Source of the DNA: Octopus vulgaris
Taxonomy: Eukaryota
Reading direction: 5' to 3'
DNA length: 64,000 bases
Assembly (NCBI GenBank): GCA_951406725.2
Contig: OX597816.1
Location: 152,458,001 to 152,522,000 of the forward strand
Shown here: positions 15,660 through 29,436 of the stretch, in pieces
How positions within the stretch are numbered: the stretch's first letter is position 1
Layout of the letters: each line of letters begins with the position of its first letter
Made by a program: the position numbers and the translations under genes
The notes under the pieces: model-generated
The model's database searches: none
What the model was told of the DNA's origin: nothing
What the model saw: the letters and a program-made list of their open reading frames with translations, nothing else

Positions 15660-15666
<7 letters not shown>
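15482..15666. ncRNA. Hairpin with hammerhead cores on both strands
   Basis: Plus 15597-15632 reads CUGAUGA-acgtac-ttat-gtacgt-GAAA-CUAUUAG-UA, with a mirror copy on minus at 15516-15550. Stem I is weak. Confidence 0.6.
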
Positions 15667-15732
<66 letters not shown>

Positions 15733-15812
15733 CATATATTTTATTTATTACATTATTGTATGACTGAGCGCCATCGCGTCGTTTCGTTTCTTTTCTTTTC
15801 TCCAAGTAAGTT

Positions 15813-15884
<72 letters not shown>

Positions 15885-16085
15885 ATGTATCTCTCTCTCT
15901 CTCTTTATAAATGTATATATATATATATATGTATTTATATACACTCATACATTCACATACACACATGTGTATATGTGTGTATACGTACCTTTAAACGTAA
16001 GCAAATTTCATATATTATATAAGGTAGATAGATACCTTACTAAGTTTTATCGCATCTGCTCTGTTTTACAAAGCGTTTGCACAGT

Positions 16086-17096
16086 TTACCATGGAAATCT
16101 TCGTCCAGTTAAATTGAAAAACTTTTCATTTTCCCTTCTGAAATAAGCACGAAGCTTTTCTGCTACAGTCTTATCAACTGTAGGATGCTTTCTTCCTTTG
16201 GATTTTTGTAAGCATGCCATTGTTTCCTTTTTAATACAATAAAACTTCCTGGATTTATCAAAGAAGAAAAGGCTGCTATTGTAAAACTCCTGGAGTCCAA
16301 GGAAGGTCTGAATTTTTTGCATTTCAGTCCAAGGTTCTGTTCTTAGTATGTCGCCATCTGTAATGTGTATTTGTGATAGTGGAAAATACTCCATCCAGCG
16401 CCATAAATGATGATGATATTGGGAACGCTGGATAGCATAAAAGTCCAGGTCTAAATTGCCTGTCTTTTCATCAACAGCCATATTTTCAAAGCTCTCGTAT
16501 TTCAAACCACGATTGTTATAGGAAACCCGCATGTGGAGGTAATCTGATAAAGCTCGACTAAATGGTTCCCTAACGACAAGTATAAGTCTTATAGAGCTGT
16601 TCATCTGATGCACCCTGAAAGGTACATCCGACACTGCGTAGTACATGGCTGTCTTTTCGACTGTAATTTGGTGGGGAAGCGATTCTGGCATTTGGTGCAA
16701 ATACCATCTGTATCCTTTTTTGTAATTGTGACTTTTATCAAAGAAATGAACTTCATTTATTGGTCTTACCACATGTGGATGCATATTAATGAACTCTAGC
16801 ACTGCTCTGGTGCCCGCCTTCGAAGCACCAATCACAAGACAGTGCGGGAAGTGACGTACGCGTGGTTGTTCAGTATGAATCAAGGAAGAGTGATTTTTGA
16901 ACGATAATAAAGACGACGGAAGCTTGTCCACCCACCAGCGACCACTTCTGTAGATTTTGTCGCCACCGAACAAAGTAGAGAAAGTTAAGTAAGAGTTCAA
17001 ATACAGAACACTTCCACTTATTGCACAGAACAATAACGTTGGGATGAGATTTCGTCGTTGTAGCGGTACCAGTCGTAAACATTTAGCTGGCAACAT
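16086..17096 (-). CDS. HS3ST: Heparan sulfate glucosamine 3-O-sulfotransferase (HS3ST1/5-like), 336 aa, single coding exon
   Basis: Intact ORF with an N-terminal hydrophobic anchor (LIPTLLFCAISGSVLYL), 5'-PSB loop VIGASKAGTRA, EVHFFD, ITVEKT, 3'-PB motif VVREPFSRALSDY and C-terminal SKGRKHP. The ORF track starts at 17273, but a polypyrimidine tract plus CAG acceptor (minus strand, exon starts 17155) precedes the ATG at 17096. Paralog assignment uncertain. Confidence 0.93.
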   Translation of the reverse strand: MLPAKCLRLVPLQRRNLIPTLLFCAISGSVLYLNSYLTFSTLFGGDKIYRSGRWWVDKLPSSLLSFKNHSSLIHTEQPRVRHFPHCLVIGASKAGTRAVLEFINMHPHVVRPINEVHFFDKSHNYKKGYRWYLHQMPESLPHQITVEKTAMYYAVSDVPFRVHQMNSSIRLILVVREPFSRALSDYLHMRVSYNNRGLKYESFENMAVDEKTGNLDLDFYAIQRSQYHHHLWRWMEYFPLSQIHITDGDILRTEPWTEMQKIQTFLGLQEFYNSSLFFFDKSRKFYCIKKETMACLQKSKGRKHPTVDKTVAEKLRAYFRRENEKFFNLTGRRFPW

Positions 17097-18172
17097 GATG
17101 ACCAGCGAGTCAAAAAAGAAGCAATAAAAACTGTCCAGGAGGCTCGGTAAACTTACTGTAAAAGAAAAAGAAAAAGAAATAATCTCAATAATAGATAAAC
17201 AATTTCTTATAAACAAAAGATTAATAAACCATGCTATTCTTTCATGTAATATATTTATATACTTCGAGTTCACATTTAGATGTTATAGAGTAACACACTT
17301 TTATAGGTACCGGATTGAAAGCAATCCACTGACACCTTCATTGCGGTATTAGAGTACCGGATTTAAGCATCAGCTAAACAAGTTACATATAGTTTAGGGC
17401 CTCACAATTCGCAGGGGTCGCAAACTAATTAAAAGGAAGATATGTTTTTAGTGACTTTCTGGCGTAAGTTTTTAACAAGGGGTCTTCAAGCTTTATATAG
17501 CACAGGGTCTCACCATGTCGAAATCTGGTGCTGGTTTAACTATAATACAGTAAGATACTGTTATTGCACCCTTCGAATAATTTTGTTTAATACATTTACA
17601 TATATATATGAAATACTCACATACATTCCTACTGATCATGCATTCATCCCAGAATTACATATCAGATACAAGGTACAAGTTTTTCTGGCTTCGTCAAAAA
17701 GGAGAAGGTCGGCGTCCATAAACTTTTACAGGCCTCTGGAATCTGGTGGAGTAAAGGGGCAAATTTTCCTCAAACCACTGTCCTGGCACGAATGTGTGCA
17801 ACAGAGTGGACTCCACTAAAGATCTCCAAAGACCAGATGGTGGTGATGAGCCTAGTGACAGGTTAAGTTTATCATGCAAGAATAGGTACAATTCATCGAC
17901 GGGTTTCACAGTTTCCAGTTACCGGGAGTCGATTTGAAGTAACTTTGTAAATATTTTCAGACCTTCACGAATAGAACGTTTGAATTGCTTCCATTAAAGT
18001 AAATAAAACAAGATAATATAAAGCAATCATCCAGACTAATGATATTCCACTTGGTGTTCCACCGGTGAGCCTGTCGCTCTCTTCTGCCTGAAAGTAGTAT
18101 TTTCGAAGCTATCAAAATGTACTTCCTTACACGTTTTCTCATGCACATGGCTGTAACTTTCTAGGGTTTCTT

Positions 18173-18572
18173 GGCTGTGTGGTAAGTAGCTTGCTTATCA
18201 ACCACATGGTTCCGGGTTCAATCCCACTGCGTGGCATCTTGGGCAAGTGTCTTCTGCTATAGCCCCTGGCCGACCAATGCTATGTGAGTGGATTTGGTAG
18301 ACGGAAACTGAAAGAAGCCTGTCGTATATATGTATATATATATGTATGTGTATGTATATGTTTGTGTGTCTGTGTTTGTCCCCCTAGCATTGCTTGACAA
18401 CCGATGCTTATGTGTTTACGTCCCCGTCACTTAACGGTTCGGCAAAAGAGACCGATAGAATAAGTACTGGGTTTACAAAGAATAAGTCCCGGGGTCGATT
18501 TGCTCTCGACTAAAGGCGGTGCTCCAGCATGGCCGCACTCAAATGACTGAAACAAGTAAAAGAGTAAAAGAG
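18173..18572 (+). mobile_element. tRNA-derived SINE (family A)
   Basis: Box A tggctgtgtggtaag, box B ggttcaatccc, tail gactgaaacaagtaaaagag. Confidence 0.8.
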
Positions 18573-20127
18573 ATTTTTGAAATATTTCTTCACTTTACTT
18601 TTTAAACACCCTTGTGACACTACATCTTTATATTCTTCATCTTGATAATACTAACACTCTAGGGATGTTTGTGTGTAACTGAAATATCTCAGAAATAGTG
18701 TATTTTATCTTAATGATTTTTTACATATTAATTTTCATACTTACCTTCGGCAGTGCAGTACAAATTTTTGTAACATTTGAACCTCTATTTAAACGATTAA
18801 ACACAATTTTTGTTATTTCTTGATGAAAAAAATACATGGCTTCCATGATGTCAACACACATACACGCATACAGAATACATACACATATAATGAGTGTCAT
18901 GGTGTGTCAATCAATACAGACACACATTCGCTATCTGTGACATATACACACACATTGTCTACGTGCTCTCTAAGGAAAAAAGAAAAAGCCGTTGAATTTT
19001 TGACGTAAACAATATTTTGATCACTTAGAAATATTTTTAACTGAATGTGATTTCGCTAATTTCCGTAAAAATTTTTCATTTATTTACTTTTGTTTCAAAG
19101 TGAAAAAGAGGAGAAAGTGAAAGATGTATGTACGTGTATATGGAATGGACGTGAGAGAGAGAGAGAGAAAGAGAGAGTGTGTGTGTGTGTGTGAGAGAGC
19201 GAGTGAAGGGGTATGTTGTCATGTATACGTACATATATCAATACATATGCGTTCATCTTTTTTGTATGTACGTGTGCATGTGTGTGTGTGTTAGAGAGAG
19301 AGTGTAAGTGAGTGAACACGTGTGTTCTCATGTATGTATAAGTGGCACACCCCTCTCTCTCGCATCCCACCTCATGCATCCATTTCGTATACGCGTTCAT
19401 ACATATTTCACTTTCTCTCTCTCAATTTAAAACAAAAGTAACAGGTGATTTTCAGGATAAAAATTGTTTAAAAATGGCTTCTACCTATATAAACTGATTA
19501 CTATTGTATGGATAGTTTAAATATATATACAAGCGTAAGTATCGGGAATTCCCATTCTACAAACTGGCAAACAATTCCGTGAATACTTTACCGAGCAAGG
19601 CTGGGTAATAAGTTTAGTATACCTATAATAAATATATACAAGTGAACACTAGTTGTGAGCACACTTTTACAGACTTCACATACTTATGATAAACCTTTAA
19701 ATGTTTCACTTAAATGGAATGTATTAATGTTTTACTAACGTGGTCCACTCTTGCGTTTTACAATCTTACTAGTACATGTTGTAAAAGTTTTATAACACAA
19801 AAGTTAATACAAAGACGTGTACATTTTTGGATAAAATCACTGAGTACTTTCATAAGTTATGTTTTCTATGCATGAATGTACACTAAAGTGACAGCTATAA
19901 CTCTTTGAATACATACAAAGCATAAAATACACAACTGACTCATAAATGTATAACTTTACCTCGTATTGTCAATTATATTTCTCTTGTTGGTTAGCAATAA
20001 TTGAAAGACAGATATATTGAAATGTTTACTGTTGTTACTGACTCAATATAAATGTATTTACTTTCTCACATAGACATACATGCGTATGTATGTATGTATG
20101 TATGTATGTATGTATGTATGTATGTAT

Positions 20128-22300
20128 GATTCCTACAGGTAACATGGAATCCAGTACAACCTGTTGCATGGTCGGGCCTTCAGCGACTAAACCGGCACCC
20201 CCACCAGGTTAACCTGACGAAGATGGTTGCTAGAAATCTAACAGGGCAAAAAACAAAACAAGTCAAAATGACGGATGAACCAATTATGGGTTCAATGACT
20301 ATCTAGCACTATCATGGGCACTCAGATATTCCGGAAGCGACATTTTTTTCCCCACTAGAGTTCCGGATTTCAGTAATGAAATCATTTGCATACGGCCAAT
20401 CAGAGCAGAGCCACTTTATCCCTTCTTCCATTCTAGTCAGCAACTTCTCCGTCTAGCACATGTCGACAATATTTGTAAACAATACGTGCTGTCTCCGGTA
20501 ATTTTATTTAATGTAAATAAATCTTATTTAGCTGTTATTTTTAGCACGAAAGTTCTTCAGTAATTTTCTTTCGTGTAAATAAATTTTTATGTTAATTTAA
20601 AAGAGAAAAATATGAATGTGTCTGTGGCTTACGATTGACTAAAGTTACCAAAATGTTCAAACTTCAATTACAAATAACTCATTATTTATTGATTTATAGC
20701 GACAATTATTTTCACTTCATTAATTAGCCTATAAAATTCGAACAGAAAATTGACGCTGGCAACCACACAAAAATGATCCCTCCACCAAAAAAGATCCCCC
20801 CCCCACGCAAAAAAAAAATGATCCAAAAAAAGAAAAAAAAGTCACGAAAATGTGTGAGTACTAAAAAAATTCACTGAGTACTATTATATTATTATTAGTA
20901 AATTATAGATCTATTTATTATAACTAGTGAAAAATTCACGGAAAATATAAAAAAAATGTAAGCATCTGTAAATTGTGCGCTGGTAATCGGAAGTTGCCAT
21001 TTTGAATGCCAACATTTGTTAACTAGACAAGGTGAAGGTGAGCTCTGATTGGCTGTATGCAAATGAGTATTTGTATTGGGGCCCGGAACTCTCGTGGGAA
21101 AAAAGTTCGCGTGCCGGAAAACCATTGGGAGTGAGGCACTCAAATTTTGTTAAAGCATGTCTCCAGAAAGTGACATTGATATAAAACCGGATATGCACGG
21201 AATGACATTGGAGATTTTGGAAATCTTTCGTCTGCGCTTGAGATCATGGCGCTCTTACACTCCTAACCTTACACCCGTATTGGCACTTGATATCTTGCCT
21301 CGGCTCTTCTCTGGATCATGTAAATAGGGTGGAGAAGGGTTATAAGTTGTTGTGAAAACCTTATTGATAGTAAAATCTTGTATAGGAATTACTGACATTT
21401 TGCTTGGGCATTTTTGCTTTAATTTTTAATTTTACACTTTTCGAACTTTACATTTTTTTTATTCGAAAGTCTAGCGGTGATAGGAAGATGAAACATGCAG
21501 ACCTGCGGTTTTGGAAGCACGTAGTTAGCGATCTACACGTAAGCAGCTCATTCTAGTCGTCTCCTTATCGTCCAAGACAATGCTCAGATTCGGTTACTAC
21601 CTGGGTGTCTGAGTAGCTCCATTTGTGAAGAGACCAAAGAGATTCTAGAAAAGGTGAACTAAACATTGCTTTTATTTCTCTGTATCTGGTCAGTTTAGTG
21701 CGACTGAGAGTTGTCCACCTTGCGTCCGCAAAAACAAAGATAGTATTTACAAAATCTGGATGGAATACGAATATCTCACATTGGATTGTACATGTTCTGT
21801 TAGATAATAAGAGTGAATCTAGGCTTGAAGACGTACTGTGCATGTTGTTCGTGAACTGAACCGATATAAGAGATATAGCCGCTCTTTCAGAGATTCGTTT
21901 GGAAGGTGATGGTCAGCTTAAGAAGGTTGTAAGAAAGAGAAACCGAAGAAGGGGTACAGGGAGGTTGGCTTTGATTTTGAAGTTCGATCTGCTTTCCCCA
22001 AGAAGCTGGTAAAGCTTCTTTTCTCCTATAAATGACCGTTTGATGACTCTGAGTCTGCACTTGAACGATGGATGATTTGCTATTCTAGGCACTTACTCAG
22101 ATCAGTCTCGCTGAACAGAAAACTACTAGAAAACTAGTAATCGAAGGAAAAATATTGAAAGTGGTAGACAAGTTTGTCTACCTTGGTAGCACTCTCAGCC
22201 GTCCTTGCTCCATGGATAATGAAATATCTTTAAGACTTCAGACGGCAACCAATTCCTTCAGGGCTCTTGAGATTTGTGTCTGGTCCCCCATGGCACCATA
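20128..22300 (+). mobile_element. Degenerate RTE/BovB-like LINE interrupted by a MITE
   Basis: AP-endonuclease remnants (RELNRY..DIAALSEIRLEGDGQLK, INDRLMTLSLHL) at ~21850-22070 and an RT C-terminal piece KVVDKFVYLGSTLS...DNEISLRL at 22155-22290. Confidence 0.65.
20320..21134. mobile_element. Non-autonomous TIR element with CACT-type termini
   Basis: ~90-bp imperfect TIRs (cactc...catttgcatacggccaatcagagc / gctctgattggctgtatgcaaatg...gagtg). Confidence 0.6.
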
Positions 22301-22548
22301 TGGTGAACAAAAGTCGCTGTGTACTGTGCATGTGTGGCCGTTGAACGCTCTCAGCAGAGATGGCTGAGGCACATCCTGAACATACATATATAGCTACATA
22401 TATATATGCATGCATACATGAATATATACATATATAGATACAGATATCTACACATACATATAGATATGTACATACATACACATGTATGTATATACACATA
22501 CATACATATGTATGTATGCATGTATGTATGTATATGCATGTATATATA

Positions 22549-22616
<68 letters not shown>

Positions 22617-22627
22617 CATACATACAT

Positions 22628-22662
<35 letters not shown>

Positions 22663-22849
22663 AATATATATATATATATATATATGCAAGAATCCATGCA
22701 TAAATACATGTACAAATATGTCCCTCTGTCCGTCCAGCTATCTGTCCACACATACACACATATATACATGCATGCATACATACATACATACATACATACA
22801 TACATACATACATACATACGTACGTATATATGTATTTATTTATATATTT

Positions 22850-23248
22850 ACTAGCAGTATCGCCCGGCGTTGCTCGGCGTTGTAAGGGAAATAACTATAT
22901 AAGCATTTTTAGAGAGTTATAGCCAAAAAGTAGCAAAAAAATGCATTAAAAATTGAAAAAAAATTAAGGTAAATTTTTTTTTTAAATCGTTGACACATCG
23001 TAGATATTTTTAGAGAGTTACTTCCCTTATATAAAAGCGAAGAAAATGCATTAAAATGGAAAAATATGATGGTAAATTTTTTTAAAATCGTAGACTCATC
23101 GTAGACGCGCGCTAATACCCAGTAGGGCTCGATATGAATCACGACTATAAGATACCCGCTTTTGGTTAAACTGCACCGCAAAATGTGGGAGTAGTTACGA
23201 ATCTAAATCGAAGGGGACAGACACACAACTTCACTCTTATATAAAGAT
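22850..23248 (+). mobile_element. Non-autonomous Helitron-like element
   Basis: Same ACTAGCAG..cccggcgttgctc 5' end as 6208 and 34911. Confidence 0.55.
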
Positions 23249-24089
23249 GCTTTTTTTTATTTCAGTCATAGAGTTAGATTTATGAAGGTCTTCAGTAGAA
23301 AATCCTTCGAATTCTGACTCGCTGCTTGATATAATGAAATTCGTATCCATTTTTTGTCAGAATTACAAATTTTGAAAACATAATAGGAACAAATTTCGGA
23401 AAAAAATCTCCCATAATTCACGGAATTAAAATTACACTTCGATTTTTGTACAAAACTGTATTTGAAGTGTTTACGAAGTATAATACGTGTTTTCACGAAT
23501 GTACTAAAGAGATTTACTCTGATATTCTCATTGAAATATGAATAGGTAAATTCGGGCGGTTTGGTAACGAAAGGGTTTATATAAGTGTCGTCTGTTTATA
23601 CATAAACACTGTTTCATACTTTCAGTTTAGTCTTGCTCAAATCACTCTGTCGCTAATTTACTCTCTTCCAAGAACATTTTTCACTCACTGTTATCTGTTA
23701 GCTTCCCATACATTTTACTCATGTATCTATCAGCGTGATAGAGAGAAACAAATATTATATCTAGTTTCACTTTATTCGTTACACACTGTGTGTGTGCGTT
23801 TGCGTGTGGTGTAAACCAGACTAAGAAAAGCATTTGACACATACACCAGAATGTGAGTTTTCTGTAAATTTTGCTTAATTGGAGTTTAAATTTTAAAAAC
23901 TGGACCTGGCATGACGCGATGCATTGTACTCTTAAAAATGCTAGGTAAATTGTAATTGAAGAAATCCTATATTGTAGACTTGTATAACTCCCAAAGGGAG
24001 GCAGATAAAATCTGCCTTTTATAATAAGAGATACGCATATATATTTTTGTTTTTGTATGTGTATGTATGTATGTATCTATCTATCTATT

Positions 24090-24275
24090 TCGGGGGTCCC
24101 TAAATATTTTAGACCATCGACTCCTTCTGGAATCCTTGACCCCTCATCGACCCCACTAGGCTTGTACAAGAAAATGAATAAATAATAATAATAATAAGTA
24201 GATGTGCATTTATCGACCCCTTGAATAGCCTCATCGACCCTCGGGGGTCGATTTCGACCACTTTGGAAATCCCTG
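24090..24275. mobile_element. hAT-like MITE fragment
   Basis: Repeated tcgacccc motifs and terminal gaaatccctg. Confidence 0.4.
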
Positions 24276-25057
24276 ATCTATTTGTATGTGTTCCTGTAAT
24301 TATGCAAGAACACACACATACATTAACATACATTGGCTCAGAACTGCGATCTAATGTATTTATTCGAACGCAGTGTATTCGCCGCGCTCATAACAAAGTA
24401 ACTACTGTATACGAATGTCCGTGAATAGAGCCAATAGAATTTTGAACAGTTATTGAGACATAGAGAGAGTTTAACATGCTTTCATTCTTTAGTAACGTTA
24501 AAATCATAATATTATCAGTGCAGTAGTATGGAATTTAGGGATATTTGCGGCATTTAGCAACGCCCCTTTGCGTTTTGAGTCAAATTCTACGCAAGTCAGC
24601 TTGTTCTCATACTTTTAGGGTTGTTATAACCCATTCTACGAAAGGCACACGAATTGAAATTTTGGGGGAGTGGAGGCAGTCAATTATCTCAACACCAGTA
24701 CTCAACTGGTACTTATTTTATTGACCCTGAAAGTATGAAAGCACAGCCAACTTCGGCGATATTTGAACTCACACTGAAGAAAGGCCACTAAGCATTTTGT
24801 CCTGTGTGGTTAACGATTCTGTCTGCTAATTGTTGCTGTTGATCTTGTTCAATTCATGAATCATTAATGTTTCCGAAGCTATCTCAATTCAATTCTGAGA
24901 ATTAAATGATTGTCGTGACTGTTGGCGCTGAAACAGTTATCTTTGGAATTCCGACGTGCTCTGTGCGTTCTTTGGGAAATAAATATTTGACACTCTACCA
25001 ATATGGTGTTGCGTACTCCTTCAGCTCATCGCAGCGTTAGCGCGCGCGTTTGCATAT

Positions 25058-25110
<53 letters not shown>

Positions 25111-25240
25111 TGCGCGCAGGGATGCTGTCATAATATTGTTTTATCTTCTATCCAAAATATCAAAACTTTTTCCATCGTTTAAATAATGTTACTACGTTTG
25201 TATGATGTGTGTTTTAAAGTTCTTGAACAACCAGAGATAT

Positions 25241-25637
25241 ACTCTTTTACTCTTTTACTTGTTTCAGTCATTTGAGTGCGGCCATGCTGGAGCACCGCCT
25301 TTAATCGAGCAAATCGACCCCGGGACTTATTCTTTGTAAGCCCAGTACTTATTCTATCGGTCTCTTTTTGCCGAACCGCTAAGTGACGGGGACATAAACA
25401 CACCAGCATCGGTTGTCAAGCAATGCTAGGGGGACAAATACAGACACACAAACATATATATATACATATATACGACGGGCTTCTTTCAGTTTCCGTCTAC
25501 CAAATCCACTCACAAGGCTTTGGTCGGCCCGAGGCTATAATAGAAGACACTTGCACAAGGTGCCACGCAGCGGGACTGAACCCGGAACCATGTGGTTGGT
25601 AAACAAGCTACTTACCACACAGCCACTCCTGCGCCTA
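25241..25637 (-). mobile_element. tRNA-derived SINE (family A), full length
   Basis: Head ggcgcaggagtggctgtgtggtaagtagc, box B ggttcagtccc, same body and tail as 8069 and 18173. Confidence 0.85.
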
Positions 25638-26049
25638 TGGCTTGGCCCTGGCTTTTTATTCGTATCTTTCAATTGATCTAACGGTTACTTCAATTACATC
25701 AGACAGTTTCGTAGTTTCTGCTGAACCATTTATTTCTCATTTTCAAGTTGATGTAATATATTATTTTTCACTTGTAGAGAAATTGACTTTCTTGATATAT
25801 GAAACCCAGAATGCAATGAAAAAATTCAGTCTAAAAGTCGCAGACAAATTAATTTTGGTATCAGCTGCATTTAAGGGTAGGAATAGATGAACTAATAAGT
25901 AAATAAATCTAAAAAGGCTTGTCAGTCCGCCGCGTGGCCCAGCGGACAAAATGGAAAAGGCTTTGCTACCGAGGATAGGGAGGGAGATGCGCTGGAACAG
26001 CTACACTGATTCACGGGGTTCGCACTTGGGGATAACCATCTCCGCCTCG

Positions 26050-27040
26050 AAAGCAGTGAGCAGGGATGTGACCCGGGGACCGAGAACGTCTGAAGCCTCC
26101 ACTGTCAGAGGCTCGACATAAATCTGTTAGAGAGCGGCCGTTACGTTGCCAGTTTGCCGTTCTCAGCCTTACGAGCAGCGAAGCTTGGGCTGGCAGCTGA
26201 ATACACAAGGTTGACACTGGAGAAGGTGTCACAATATGTGACATCCTAGATGAGGGGCATACAACCTTGGAACGGAAAGATTATCATGCCGTCTGGCCTT
26301 TTACCATCTCCTCGGTCTAGCCCCATTGGCTCGAGCTCGGAATGGAAGCCTGTGACGTCTAAGTCATGCTTTATGAAGTCATTGAGAGTCGCATGGTGAG
26401 GAAGACAGTCAGCTCTATAATGGCTAAAAGAATCCACAGTGGATCCACAACGGCATTTGTGAGGCTCACAGATCTGGAGGTCAAGTCCCAGGGAAACACC
26501 AATGGGAAGTTAGTCGCTATCAAGCTGAGTGACAGTCGAGAGTGATGACACTGCATTGATCCAGGCACCGCTTCGAGGGTTGGGATGCCGAGTAGAAACA
26601 TGCCAGACGGCGGTGGTCGAGTCGATGTACCAGCCCGTCCAAGATCATGCTGACCTGGATGACGTCCCATTTGTTTTTTTGGGTGACCGGACATCCATAA
26701 AGAGGAGAGAGGGATGGACGTCCACAGGGCAGAGGTCTAGCTGGCTCCTTGTCGCGTAGGTCGCTTCACTTTTCCCGATCACAGTAAGCTCAGTTGAGTC
26801 GAGGAGAATACTGTTCATTAGGATACAGCACAAGGTCACTGATGGGAGAAATGCCGGCAGGGCCAGTGAGAGCAGAGACCGGAGACGGAGGTCGCCATAT
26901 CTGACGTAAGGTGGCCTATTGCTATCCGGTGTCGTCAAACCGAACGTTGCATATCTCTTCAGCGGCTCGTTGGATACAGACGTCGAGGTTTGTGAGGAGG
27001 GATGCATGTCTGTAGCAAGGGCCATTTGAAAATATTTCAC
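26050..27040 (-). pseudogene. CRE-like non-LTR retrotransposon 3' fragment (restriction-like endonuclease)
   Basis: HATLNDFIKHDL...LEPMGLDRGDGKRPDGMIIFPFQG and LALPAFLPSV motifs, frameshifted. Confidence 0.7.
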
Positions 27041-27080
27041 ACAGTGTAACCCCCACCCTATCTTAATTGTTAGTCTAGAT

Positions 27081-27281
27081 CAGTGGTTTTCAACCAGGGT
27101 TCCGCCAGTACAGTCCAGGGGTTCCGCAAGAAGTTACAAAACTGCTAAAATCGGCAGTCATTTTAAATTCTCCTGTGCAGATATGTGTGCATAAGACTAT
27201 TAAATTATTGCACAGGGGTTCCTCGAGCCAGTGGAATGTTTCCTTGGGGTTCCGCTCCAGCAAAAAGGTTGAAAAGCACTG
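27081..27281. mobile_element. hAT-Charlie-type MITE with 8-bp TSD
   Basis: TIR cagtggttttcaacc / ggttgaaaagcactg and a perfect TSD gtctagat on both sides. Confidence 0.9.
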
Positions 27282-27499
27282 GTCTAGATGTTTAGAGTAG
27301 GATCTGCCTCACTATGGAAGAAGTGAAATGAAAGTAAAATGGAGAGGAGAATGAAAAACCGAAAAATAGAAGCGACAAGTGCATTTGTATATGCAAATTC
27401 CAAGAAAAAAAAAATGACACCCGCCTGCCAGAAACCATGCTAAAGTGAAGTCGTGCAAACCGAATATCGTTTTAAACGAGGGCCATTGTATGTATATTG

Positions 27500-27556
<57 letters not shown>

Positions 27557-28083
27557 AGGGGGGAGGCTAACACGTGCTTTCGGGCTTAGTTCTATTGCAC
27601 AGTATCATGGGCACGAGTCTTCTACAGTTGCCCCGGACCGACTTTCAGTTTCCGCCTACCAAATCCATTCAGAAGGCTTTGGTCGGCCCGAGGCTACAGT
27701 AGAAGACACTTGCCCAAGGTGGGCATGAACCCGGAACCATGTGGTTGGGAAGCAATCTTCTTATCGCACATTTTCTTTTATTGTAGTAAATAATTTACTT
27801 CAATAAAAATATATGCGATGACCATTATTTATACTTTGTCTTGTGTAACAGTTTGTGTAAAAGACCAGCCTAACTGGGAAAATGAACATGCGTTTACAAA
27901 AGAAAATGGTAATGAATAATAACCTCAGACCTTGCTACAAAAGTACGTGGAGTTCTTTACTAATTTTAAAAAAATTGTCAGCCTGGTACATTTTTGTTTT
28001 GCACGAATTAATAATCCCTCATTAATAACTCTGTCTGTCTCTGTCTCTGCCTCTGTCTTTCTGTCTCTCTGTCTCTCTGCCTC

Positions 28084-28200
<117 letters not shown>

Positions 28201-29169
28201 GTATTTATATATATATATATGTATACACACACACACACACATATATTGCATGAGTGTTCATCTGTAAATATTTATGAATGTTCAAAATTTTCAACTTAGA
28301 TGTTTGGGCAGGTCATAAGCTCCACAACCTCACTCTTCTCCTTTCTAAAGATATTTGATAGAACGTATCGATAGCGCAACAAACTAATGTACTGTGGTAG
28401 CAGACTTTCTTAACACGTAGATAAATGCCTGGGTAGTTTTTGTTTAGCTCCAAGTCAGCCCTTTTCAAGTAGATTTATGATCAAAGACATTCCATCAATG
28501 ACCATCCTGTCTTTTCGTATATCTAGGACACTTTTAATTCCTTTTATAAACGGTAGGGTGTGATTTCATGAAGATTTAATTACTATTTCTACTTGCTCAG
28601 ACGAGCATATAGAGGCACAGCCGTAGGCTCAATATATCTGGGTTATATATACTAATGTGTTATGTAGAAAGCTGTTTTAATTTTGTCTTTGAATATGCGT
28701 GTCATGAAAGTGTGCGTGAATGGGTGTGTGCGTATGTTTATGTGCATGCGTGCGTATGTGATTTGATATCATGGGGATTAACGTCGGATATGGTATAAAC
28801 CGCTAGGAGTAAAATAATATTGGCATACATAGAGACATATACAATTGCTGGAAGTTTGTGTGCGTGCGGACATGTGTGTGTGTGTGTGGAATATATGTGT
28901 ATGTGGACGTGTATATATATATATATATATATATACTTAGTATTGTTTGTTTTTGCGTTAAGTTATATAATTATACATTTTGGTACATTATATATTCACT
29001 TTTACAAGGAAAGGATGGACGGTGGGGTGCTTCAAGGTTTCGACTTACTCGCCTTCGTCAGACTGTATGTATGTATGTATGTATGTATGTATGTATGTAT
29101 GTATGTATGTATGTATGTATGTATGTATGTATGCATGCATGTATGTATGTATGTATGTATGTATGTATG

Positions 29170-29282
<113 letters not shown>

Positions 29283-29363
29283 GTATACATACGCACAAAC
29301 ACATACAGATATACACACACACATATATACAGAGCGAGAGAGTGAGAGAGAGGGCAAGGGAGA

Positions 29364-29436
<73 letters not shown>

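Noticed and set aside
17097-17273. 59-aa N-terminal extension of the HS3ST ORF
   Set aside because: Runs through a polypyrimidine tract and acceptor site, so it is most likely intron plus 5' UTR.
20205-20250. CTGACGA...GAAA possible hammerhead
   Set aside because: Stems I and II do not pair convincingly; lies in the presumed RTE 5' region.
25560-25637. tRNA genes at SINE heads
   Set aside because: Box A/B are present but there is no full cloverleaf; they continue into SINE bodies.
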